DNA of 64,000 bases. It comes from Leucoraja ocellata (lineage: Eukaryota). Shown in pieces: positions 56,701 to 63,149 of the stretch. The number at the start of each line of letters is the position of its first letter. Position 1 is the stretch's first letter. A program made the translations under genes and the position numbers. The stretch is from NCBI GenBank assembly GCA_036785375.1, contig JAWMAR010000201.1, positions 1,922,001 to 1,986,000 on the forward strand, read 5' to 3'. The notes beneath the pieces are model-generated. The model made no database searches. It worked only from the letters and a program-made list of their open reading frames with translations, and had not been told where the DNA came from.

Positions 56701-59700
56701 TTAGTATCATTTTGGAGTTTGGCCTTTTAAAATGGACAAATAAAATAAGTATGGATTCCGTCTTTCGCCTCCCTTCACAGTTATCGTGGGTGAATATATT
56801 CTACATACCCATATGTTTGCAATTATTGGACATAATTACGTAAAAAGAATTGATTAAATAAAATTCTGGAAATATATAGCAGGTCAGATAACGTCGTTGG
56901 AGAAAGGCAAAGATGTAATACCTCAGGTCGCCGACATTCAGTGAAACCCGAGAATGTTCAGGAATCAGGCATCTTTGCGTTTCGTAGAAGTGAGATGGGT
57001 GGATATAAGAAAGGTCATTTCAAAGACAGGGTGGGCAACAAGACCCACATGGATCACAAGAATAGGTGATTGCTTAAAGAGCGTCATGATGTATTATGAA
57101 TGACAGGTGATATATCTAGAGGAGGTGTAAATGAAGGGAAGTTACTGATAAGAAAGGACAGGGACAAAAGAGCAAACATGGGAAACACAGCATTCTCTGA
57201 AAATCAGAAATAAAGTGATGTGCTGTTCTATTTCAGTACACCCGCATCATGAATAGGACAAACTCAAATATCGCCAAATGCTATTACCTTATCTCAAAAA
57301 TTGCCGCTAATTGAAAATAATAAAAACACATAAGGTGCTGGAAATCCTACGGGGAAAATTATGTTAAACAGGGGATTAAACTGTGGGAATGCCAGAAAGT
57401 GTTCCTGCAAGGGTAAACGGATCTAAATGATACGTCGTTCACCTATTCATATGATGAATAGGTCCCAGGGGTCCCTGCTGGGAGACCGCTTTTCGGGGCT
57501 TCCGCAACGGCGACTTCTCCCGCCCGAGTTGCGGGGTCGAGGAGTACCTGGAGCAGGGCCTTACATCGCCCGGCGCGGCTTCAACGGCTGCGGGGCTTTG
57601 CTAGCGCCCGCCGGGGGCTCCAACAACAAGACCCGGAGCGTGGCCTTGCATCGCCCGGCGCGGCGTTAATAGCCGCGGGACAATTGCCATCGCCCGCCGA
57701 GGGCTTTGACTGACATCGAGAGGGGAATGGGGAGTGCAGGGGAGAGATACGTTTTTGCCTTCCATCACAGCAAGGAGGAGATGCGCTGTGATGGATGTCT
57801 GTGTAAATTGTGTTGTGTCTTGGGTCTTTTTTTCTTGTGTGTATGACTGCAGAAACAACATTTCATTTGAGCCTCTATGAGGTTCAGGTGACAAATAAAT
57901 TGTATTGTTTTGTATTGTATTGAAATACCATTAGGCCGAAACGCTAGCCACCAATGCCAGCAATGATCCCTATCATTGACTACTCCTGTATCATAACTTG
58001 AAAGTTTTGACCAAAAAAATGAAAAGACTGAATATCAGTTGTACTTGATTTGCAGTCACCTTTCTTTCATATACTGTATATCCTCACGTTTCCGCATGAA
58101 CCCGTCCACGTAGGGTAACTGCGAGGCAATATTTTCGGGGCTAAACAATAAGGTTTTCATTTTAATCTCGCTTATTAAAACTGCCCAAGGACCATCAATT
58201 AAATGAATAAACCAAATAATACAAACTATGTGACACGATATGTTGTATGAGATTGACTGCAAAACGACAGACGGTTTTATATTAACGTAAACTCCAAATT
58301 GAGTGCTGTACCCTGTTCTAACTCATTAATGATATCTACCCAGATACGTATGTCTGTCTATATGTAGATCGTCACGTCGTCGCCGTCGGAGTTAGACACT
58401 ACATATTACATACAAATGCAGTTCTGTCGCAACTTCAAAAGAACCAGTTCCCTGGTCTTTTCCATTGGTCTCCACTCCCGTCTAATTGTATAATTCAGTA
58501 ATCATTTACATGGTCGATCCAATCTTCCCTTTTGAAATTTAACCACGTTCATACTGTTTCCTGGTAACGAGCACGGACTTATAGGAATTCTGGTGTTCTA
58601 ACGTCAACACAATGCTAAACCGAGTCTGAACATGCCTGAACTGCCAAAACATTTAGCATAGTAAAAGTTTCCTTATGCATTCACTCGTTTGATTGATTCA
58701 GACTCACGCACGCCGGCCAGATAGGGGCATCCAGTTGCAATCGCTGGATATAATTCGGTGACAATGGAAGCTGTTGATACGGATAGCGAGGACAAGAAAC
58801 CCCATATAAATCCTCTGGATGAGAGCACAGTAGACGAAAGCAGAGGTGCGTATGATAAAGGACACGTTATTCAAAAGTGAAGAACTTTGCTGGTATGATC
58901 CACGGTTAGGGGAAAAATGATCTCAGATGTTATCTATGATGGAGCTGGAGCAACTACAGTGTGTGCATTTGCTCGTGTAATTACGTGATACAGAGTAAAA
59001 GACAGCATAAACAAAATAACGATGACATGCATTTTGGTGAACGTTGTCATCACTTGGAAACTTGCAGAATATAGATGCAGTGCATCTTCAACACCTCTTG
59101 ATGATGAGTTTTATTAGATATCCGCAGAATAAAACAGGGAGCATTTTGTTGGTGTGAAATATGCACGGGTAATTGAAATTGAACTTCATTTCATTGTTTC
59201 ATTAGACAGGAAAACAACCCAAGACCTGAGTGGTCATTATATGTTTCAAATCCATTCATAATCCACGCGTCTTTCCATTTTAGAAATCAGAACGTTGAAA
59301 AGAAAGCTGCAAGAAACAGGTCAGGAGAAGGAATAACTAATACTTTCAGTCATCAACGTATATGTACAACAGAAGTTCACGTCTGCGTGGTTGTTGGATA
59401 TGTTAAAACAAGTATTGCTTTTCGTTCTGCATAAGTGATCGCTTCAGCTCCATTCGGTCATTCAAGTGAAGTAGTATGGAATATACCGGAGTTATGGGTT
59501 GGGAGATATTCTCTGGAGTCAAACTCCATATTTTTGCGTCTTGCAACTTCCGCAATTTATCCAGCGTAATTCCTTACCCAGTCGGTAATAACCTTGACGT
59601 ATTCATTCGGGTCATCTGTCAAGTCCTTGGACATCCCCATTCTAATACCCAATTAGTTATTTGCCCATTAATCCACATCCCCAATTCCACAGTTGCTACA

Positions 59701-62700
59701 GAATTTGTTACATATGCCATGTCCTGTTGTTACATTAATGGGTGTCCCCGTCTACCTCACAACGATGTGATCATAAAATCCGTGTATCAATGTATAATGG
59801 TACAATACTGATAACATTTAATACATTTGATTAAATCACCAATTACAGGTCCAATATTAAATTGTAGAAGACATTAAAACTGGTTGCAGAGTAAAATCAT
59901 GTTCTCACGTGATCGTGGCGCAAGTATTTTGGCGCCAGTGTATTACCACATGTTACACATCAGTTTGCTACATTTGTCGTGATCGCGCTGTGTGCCAACA
60001 CGTTGCATGGCACACGCTGACAATAGTTGCTAAGCAACATTTACATCTTTTACATGCTTTACATATTTTACATTTACATCTTGTACTTTACATTGAAAAT
60101 GCTTGAGTAAACATTCGTCCAAATGTACTCAATATTCTACAGGGTAATCTATTGCATTTCAGCTGACACTGCTATCTTGTGCATTAACAGACGAAACCAC
60201 ACGTCAGAAAGAAGCAGGTAAATTGTTTCAGCTAAATACTTCACCACACGTGAAACAACTATTTAGCTGACAGTCGGTGGAGGGTGAAGACCAAAATTAT
60301 TCTGAAAATGTATACAAATAATAATCACAGAAATTATTCTATTCTGTAGGATTTTGAAGCAAAGTGTTTAAAGATTCATTCTCCATTTGTATACCAAATA
60401 CATGATGGATACTTTTACTATAATCTATGTTTTTGGCCTTTTAAAGTAAGATTATTGATTCCGTCTTTCGTCACCCTTCACAGGTATCGCGGTGAATATA
60501 TTCTACGTAGCCATATATTTGCAATTAATGGGCACACTTCAGTAAAAAGAACAGATTAAAGAACATTCTGGTAAATTTTTGCAGGTCAGATAGCGTCTCT
60601 GGAGAAAGACAAATAAGTAATATTTCACGTCGACGACTTGCTACGGGAACTGGGAATGTTCACGAAACGGGCATCTTTGAGATTAATAGAAGTGAAAGGG
60701 TGAGAATGACAAAAGTAATTTCGAAGACATGATGGCTAACAAGAGCACACAGACGACAAGAATAGGTGATTGCTAAAGGAGCGTCATAGTGTATTGGTAG
60801 TGGCACGTCATCTAAATGGAATAGGAGTAAATGAAGGGTGGTTACTCAGCACAAGGAACAAACAAACTTGTGCATTAGTGAAATGCAGGGCTATTTCAGT
60901 ACGCCGGGCACCATGACTGGAGAAACTGAAGTAATGTCACATGTCGATGACCTTATGTCAAATATTGCAGAAAATTCAGAAGCGGGACAAAACAAAGGAT
61001 GCAGAACATGCGACGGGAAAAACTGAAATAAAGAGAGGTTTAAATGATTAGATTGACAGCGCGCTTTCCTGTAAGGATAGGCTGATTAAATTGGTCGTGT
61101 TATTCACACTTTCACATCATTAAATACTATCCAACCGAATCGAGTTCTACGCTCCTTGTCATAGATGCCACCAAGGATCCCTAACTTTCTCTCGCCTGCG
61201 AATCAGAATTCGAAAGTTTATCCAAAAAGACATAAAGCCTGAATAGGCTTCGTTTGTATTCACCTTTCTGTCAACCATATCCTACAAAACATGTGAAATG
61301 ATATGTTGTATGAGATTGACTAAAGTACTGCAGTGTTTTATATTCATGTAAGCTCTAAATTTAGTGCCGTACACTGCACTAATTGTAATTGTTTCTACTC
61401 AGATACGTATGTCAGTTTTTATGTAGATAGTCACATCTTTCCCAAGCGAATGAGACACTAAATGTTACACATCGCTGAACTCCGTGTGGTTGTGGGTGAA
61501 CCAACCGGGAACTCACTCAGAATGGAATGCATCCTGTCTACAACGTCAAAGGAATGTCTCTGGTCTTGGAATTGTATCAGTCAGCAATCATACCCATGAC
61601 GATCCAGTCAATCCAACCATCCCCTTTGAATTTTAACCACATTAATTATGTTCCTGGTGAAGTGCACGAACCTTCCAATATAGGAATTCTAATGTTCTAA
61701 CATCACCACAATAAAGATGCTTTGATGGGAAATCATTTCAAATATTCAGCATAGCAAACGTTCACTTACAGGTTCGCCCGTTTGATGGATTCACTCACAC
61801 ACACCGGCCAGATGGAAGCATCCAGTTGCAATGGCTGGAAATAATTCGGTGACTAAGGAAGCTGTTGAAGCGGATAGCTAGGATGAGAACCACATACGAA
61901 TCTTTTAAATTAGAGCACACTGGAGGAAAGCAAAGGTGTATATGATAAAGGACACGTTGTTCACAATCGAATAACTTTGTTGGAGTAAGATCCAGAGTTC
62001 GGAGAAAAAAACAACTCAGCTGTTTTCTATGGTGTAGTTGGAGTACCTATGTGCATTAGCTCGTGTAATTATGTGAAGCAGAGTAGAAGGGGGTATAAAC
62101 AAGATAACGATAACGTGGATTTTGCTTAACATTGTGTTCACTTAGATAGAGTTTGGAGGTGCCAGGAAATGCTGACAAGTTCCAGATACGCCCCCGTGAG
62201 AAACACATGGAAACTGCCAACATACAGAAGCAGTGAATCTGCAATACGTCTTTATCAGCTTAAATAGATATCCCCAGAATAAATCTGGGAGCATTTTTTG
62301 GGTGTGGTATATATACCGCTAATTGAAATTGAACTGTACTTCGTTGTTTAATTCGGTAGGAAATCAATCTAAGGCATGAGTTGTCATCATATGTTCCAAA
62401 TCCATTCCTAATCCACACGTCTTTCCATTTTAGAAATCACAATGTTGAAAAGAAAGCTGCAAGAAACAGGTCAGGATGAAGAACTGCTAATGTCATCGCT
62501 TCGGCTCCATTCGGTCATTCAAGTGAATAAGGCGTGGTGTGGGGGATGGCGTGGTGTGGGGGTGGGGGAGAGATGTTGGCGGAGGGGGGTAGGGTGTGTG
62601 TGGGGAGGGGGGTGTGGGAGAGATGGTGTGGGGAGGGGGTGTGTGGGGAAGGGGGGTCAGTGAGGGAGGGGGTGTGTGATGGATGGGGTGTGGGGAGGGG

Positions 62701-63149
62701 GTGGGGAGGGGGGTGGGGAGGGGGGGTGGGGGATGGGGATGTGAGGAAAAGGGTTGGTGGAATGGGTTGGGTGAAGGGAGGTGTGGAGAAGGGGTGGTGG
62801 TGGAGGGGTTTGTGTGGGAGGGGGTATGCGGGAGGGGATGTGGGTGTGGGGGGTGTGGGATGGGTGCGTGGGGGAGAGAAGGGTGTGTGAGGGAGGGGAC
62901 TGTGTGGGAGGGGGGTTTGCAATATATGTCGTGACCGACTACGCGAGACATGTTCTAATACGTAGCATGCCACACGCTGACAAGAGTTGCCAAGTAACAT
63001 TTACATCCTTTTAAAGATTACATAGAAAATGATGGAGTAAACATTTTCCCAAATGTACGCAATATTCTGTATGAGGATCTATTGTATTTCACGTGGTACA
63101 TTGTTACCTTGTGTATTAACAGACGAACCAATACTTCAGCATGACGCAG
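2675..63149 (+). CDS. Partial multi-microexon gene (>=32 exons) encoding a long 21-aa-periodic coiled coil; both ends outside the window
   Basis: All exons AG..G|GT with lengths a multiple of 3, alternating 27/36 nt. Only the phase-1 frame is open in all of them (phase 0 has TGA in the 50113 exon; phase 2 has stops in the 19836, 36028, 38966 and 46596 exons). Hydrophobic residues fall at positions 4, 11, 14 and 18 of the 21-aa unit. Confidence 0.88.
2995..3290 (+). mobile_element. CR1 RT fragment
   Basis: [30 protein letters not shown]. Confidence 0.85.
3633..3659 (+). CDS. Microexon, 27 nt: ASKLNARNT
   Basis: tttattttcag|CAAGC...ATACAG|gtaaca. Confidence 0.7.
5575..5825 (+). mobile_element. 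SINE-like/retroposon tail (related fragments at ~5140-5310, ~23000-23250, ~26430-26530, ~32920-33030)
   Basis: cagtctgaagaagggtttcagcccgaaatgtcgcctatttcc..gatgctgctgcacccactgagtttctccagca motif recurring in both orientations. Confidence 0.65.
7180..7215 (+). CDS. Microexon, 36 nt: [12 protein letters not shown]
   Basis: tatttttcatgtcag|AATTC...GTATGG|gtgagg. Confidence 0.7.
7450..9130 (-). mobile_element. Decayed CR1 LINE
   Basis: Minus-strand [26 protein letters not shown] and VVEADT motifs. Confidence 0.8.
9400..10680 (+). mobile_element. CR1 LINE fragments (3' UTR followed by RT to 3' end)
   Basis: [29 protein letters not shown]; 3' UTR with gatcagccatga. Confidence 0.85.
10921..11120. 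other. Assembly gap (200 N)
   Basis: N run; flanks 10721-10870 and 11121-11268 are near-identical. Confidence 0.99.
11552..11578 (+). CDS. Microexon, 27 nt: DESLRTKDT
   Basis: tatacttatag|ACGAG...ACACGG|gtaaat; peptide resembles DEELREKDA. Confidence 0.8.
11900..12185 (-). mobile_element. CR1 fragment
   Basis: [36 protein letters not shown]. Confidence 0.85.
12260..13090 (+). mobile_element. GC/CpG-rich non-autonomous retroposon-like element
   Basis: Shares gggggtgggtgagggagaaaccgttt / cggcctaacatcg / gtcttccaccacag..gatgtttgtgttaaattt motifs with 16700-18960(-), 39000-39360 and 57460-57922. Confidence 0.7.
13681..13716 (+). CDS. Microexon, 36 nt: [12 protein letters not shown]
   Basis: tttcgcctcag|AATTT...AAAGAG|gtgaga. 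Confidence 0.8.
13745..14015 (-). mobile_element. tRNA-derived SINE (degenerate)
   Basis: Reverse strand begins gcagcacaatgacgcagctactggaact..ccagagaccccggttagatc (A/B-box-like head). Confidence 0.6.
14490..15450 (-). mobile_element. Highly decayed CR1 LINE
   Basis: Reverse complement resembles the CR1 RT and 3' end seen at 17600-18600 and 21100-22000. Confidence 0.65.
15751..15777 (+). CDS. Microexon, 27 nt: DALSIQKIK
   Basis: ttttgcctgggcag|ATGCA...TTAAAG|gtaata; weaker acceptor. Confidence 0.6.
17038..17158. repeat. 21-bp minisatellite, about 6 copies (cag[c/g]tccgagtcccgc[a/t]gc[c/a]t)
   Basis: Read directly from the sequence. Confidence 0.9.
17195..18605 (+). mobile_element. Young 5'-truncated CR1/HER1 LINE (ORF2 RT with two frameshifts, 3' UTR, (TTATATG)n tail)
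   Basis: [55 protein letters not shown]; frameshifts near 17590 and 18070. Confidence 0.97.
19709..19711 (+). CDS. Possible 3-nt microexon (ATG, adds one Asp in phase 1)
   Basis: atccttag|ATG|gtaaatgct after a long T-rich tract; occupies the otherwise empty slot between two 27-nt exons. Confidence 0.3.
19836..19862 (+). CDS. Microexon, 27 nt: ELEEKLKNA
   Basis: attatattgcag|AATTA...ATGCGG|gtaaat. Confidence 0.75.
20365..22010 (+). mobile_element. Two adjacent decayed CR1 fragments
   Basis: [20 protein letters not shown] motifs and 3' UTR. Confidence 0.8.
22128..22163 (+). CDS. Microexon, 36 nt: [12 protein letters not shown]
   Basis: ttttaaatttcag|AAAAG...AAATAG|gtgaga. Confidence 0.75.
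22229..22395. other. Assembly gap (167 N) followed by a CT-rich tract
   Basis: N run. Confidence 0.99.
22754..22780 (+). CDS. Microexon, 27 nt: EETLSLKET
   Basis: gtgcttccaaaag|AAGAA...AGACAG|gtaact. Confidence 0.7.
24814..24837 (+). CDS. Microexon, 24 nt (short variant in a 36-nt slot): EFSQCRID
   Basis: tctttttttctcgggttcag|AATTT...TTGATG|gtaagt (consensus donor). Confidence 0.7.
25932..25958 (+). CDS. Microexon, 27 nt: DEELREKDG
   Basis: tttgctttgttacag|ACGAA...ATGGAG|gtgtcg; 8/9 aa identical to the exon at 38966. Confidence 0.85.
27775..27810 (+). CDS. Microexon, 36 nt: [12 protein letters not shown]
   Basis: tcatttacttgcag|AAATA...AAACAG|gtcagt. Confidence 0.88.
28850..29460 (+). mobile_element. 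Decayed Rex1-like LINE 3' part
   Basis: tgcatcacagattggtttgggaacagctctgccc..; tail ttttactctgtacctcggt. Confidence 0.6.
29750..30285 (+). mobile_element. CR1 3' fragment
   Basis: [23 protein letters not shown]; 3' UTR. Confidence 0.85.
31213..31239 (+). CDS. Microexon, 27 nt: EYDLESKDA
   Basis: gcttctatttgcag|AATAT...ATGCAG|gtaaca. Confidence 0.82.
31644..31715. repeat. Perfect 24-bp tandem repeat x3 (aatgtatattccgtgtcacatatg)
   Basis: Read directly from the sequence. Confidence 0.95.
31830..33620 (-). mobile_element. Fragmented Rex1/Babar-like LINE
   Basis: [24 protein letters not shown]...IKCFERL (RT N-terminus); PRELTS..TAVYIP (endonuclease). Confidence 0.75.
33996..34031 (+). CDS. Microexon, 36 nt: [12 protein letters not shown]
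   Basis: tttatgtttgtttag|AACTA...TTTCAG|gtaagg. Confidence 0.82.
34700..35300 (-). mobile_element. Fragment of an REL-endonuclease non-LTR retrotransposon (HERO-like)
   Basis: [10 protein letters not shown]......DL.SMDA...SFLMRA.YDVL.SP followed by a [16 protein letters not shown] knuckle-like motif. Confidence 0.6.
36028..36054 (+). CDS. Microexon, 27 nt: DINKRSYVD
   Basis: ttctgttcccttag|ATATT...TGGACG|gtaagt. Confidence 0.78.
37060..37980 (-). mobile_element. Decayed CR1 LINE
   Basis: SC.TNLL.IFEEV...[11 protein letters not shown]; [11 protein letters not shown]. Confidence 0.8.
38036..38077 (+). CDS. Microexon, 42 nt (long variant in a 36-nt slot): [14 protein letters not shown]
   Basis: tgttcactttag|ATTGT...CGTCAG|gtaacg. 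Confidence 0.7.
38966..38992 (+). CDS. Microexon, 27 nt: DEELREKDA
   Basis: ttcactttgcag|ATGAA...ATGCAG|gtatgg. Confidence 0.88.
39000..40085 (+). mobile_element. GC-rich non-autonomous element head (39000-39360) followed by a Rex1-like RT fragment
   Basis: [19 protein letters not shown]; degenerate FSDD and TKELVLDFR. Confidence 0.7.
40472..40507 (+). CDS. Microexon, 36 nt: [12 protein letters not shown]
   Basis: tctttccaatttag|AAATC...AAACAG|gtcagg. Confidence 0.9.
40700..41520 (-). mobile_element. Rex1-like LINE remnant inside the duplicated unit (paralogous copies at 44180-44970, 46850-47160, 50370-50690, ~59540-59630)
   Basis: [16 protein letters not shown]; YKAK..A.L.D..ASF..EL; EADVRRSF...[10 protein letters not shown]. 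Confidence 0.8.
42388..42414 (+). CDS. Microexon, 27 nt: EEKMRLGKG
   Basis: tgtgtattaacag|AGGAA...AAGGAG|gtaaat. Confidence 0.85.
43323..43358 (+). CDS. Microexon, 36 nt: [12 protein letters not shown]
   Basis: tctttacaatttag|AAATC...AAACAG|gtcagt. Confidence 0.9.
44975..45620 (+). mobile_element. Chimeric insertion: CR1 ORF1-like piece (44975-~45220) fused to a young Rex1-like RT piece
   Basis: [20 protein letters not shown] (CR1 ORF1 SGNH-like motif); [54 protein letters not shown]. Confidence 0.85.
46045..46071 (+). CDS. Microexon, 27 nt: DGSMHQKEA
   Basis: tgtgtaataacag|ACGGA...AAGCAG|gtaaat. Confidence 0.85.
46596..46631 (+). CDS. Microexon, 36 nt: [12 protein letters not shown]
   Basis: ctttccattttag|ATATC...AAACAG|gtcagg. 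Confidence 0.9.
47605..47631 (+). CDS. Microexon, 27 nt: DEIMRQREA
   Basis: tgtgtattaacag|ACGAA...AAGCAG|gtaaat. Confidence 0.88.
48910..49730 (-). mobile_element. Penelope-like element RT fragment
   Basis: [45 protein letters not shown]. Confidence 0.9.
50113..50148 (+). CDS. Microexon, 36 nt: [12 protein letters not shown]
   Basis: cttccattttag|AAATC...AAACAG|gtcagg. Confidence 0.9.
51126..51152 (+). CDS. Microexon, 27 nt: GGNIHQNET
   Basis: tgtgtattgacag|GGGGA...AAACAG|gtaaat. Confidence 0.8.
52836..52967. mobile_element. Short foreign segment beginning with a hAT-like terminus, at a deletion junction
   Basis: caagggttcccaaccaggggtaaatttacc.. interrupts the unit consensus (ttctaaca|tcacc in paralogs). 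Confidence 0.5.
53419..53445 (+). CDS. Microexon, 27 nt: DEPMHQNDT
   Basis: tgtgtattaacag|ACGAA...ACACAG|gtgaat. Confidence 0.82.
54281..54329. repeat. 12-bp tandem repeat x4 (gttctgtctgca)
   Basis: Read directly; sits at an internal deletion junction of the unit. Confidence 0.85.
54837..54875. repeat. Perfect inverted repeat, 17-bp arms and 5-nt loop
   Basis: tcccttctactctactt-cacgt-aagtagagtagaaggga. Confidence 0.95.
55219..55254 (+). CDS. Microexon, 36 nt: [12 protein letters not shown]
   Basis: ctttcttttctag|ACGTC...AAGCAG|gtcagg. Confidence 0.9.
55350..55955 (-). mobile_element. Gypsy LTR-retrotransposon pol (RT) fragment without LTRs
   Basis: [29 protein letters not shown]; [16 protein letters not shown]. 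Confidence 0.9.
56464..56490 (+). CDS. Microexon, 27 nt: DGKMRQYEA
   Basis: tatgtattaacag|ACGGG...AAGCAG|gtgaat. Confidence 0.85.
57460..57922 (+). mobile_element. 5'-truncated GC-rich non-autonomous retroposon with (TTGTA)n tail
   Basis: Absent from the paralogous site at ~54090 (catatcatgaaatactattaggccg); tail gacaaataaattgtattg.. Confidence 0.8.
59284..59319 (+). CDS. Microexon, 36 nt: [12 protein letters not shown]
   Basis: ctttccattttag|AAATC...AAACAG|gtcagg. Confidence 0.9.
60191..60217 (+). CDS. Microexon, 27 nt: DETTRQKEA
   Basis: tgtgcattaacag|ACGAA...AAGCAG|gtaaat. Confidence 0.86.
62434..62469 (+). CDS. Microexon, 36 nt: [12 protein letters not shown]
   Basis: ctttccattttag|AAATC...AAACAG|gtcagg. 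Confidence 0.9.
62527..62918 (+). repeat. G-rich low-complexity tract (GGGG/GTG)
   Basis: Dense G-runs replacing part of the unit's intron. Confidence 0.9.
63123..63149 (+). CDS. Microexon, 27 nt: DEPILQHDA
   Basis: tgtgtattaacag|ACGAA...ACGCAG|gtagat. Confidence 0.82.

Noticed and set aside
62442-63014. Pro/His-rich and Gly-rich ORFs
   Set aside because: Low-complexity G tract with no coding evidence.
2675-63149. Naming the gene as butyrophilin/BG, tropomyosin, myosin or CD209-like
   Set aside because: No Ig, TM, B30.2, lectin or other diagnostic exon lies in the window, and the 27/36-nt pattern does not match the exon structures I know for those genes.
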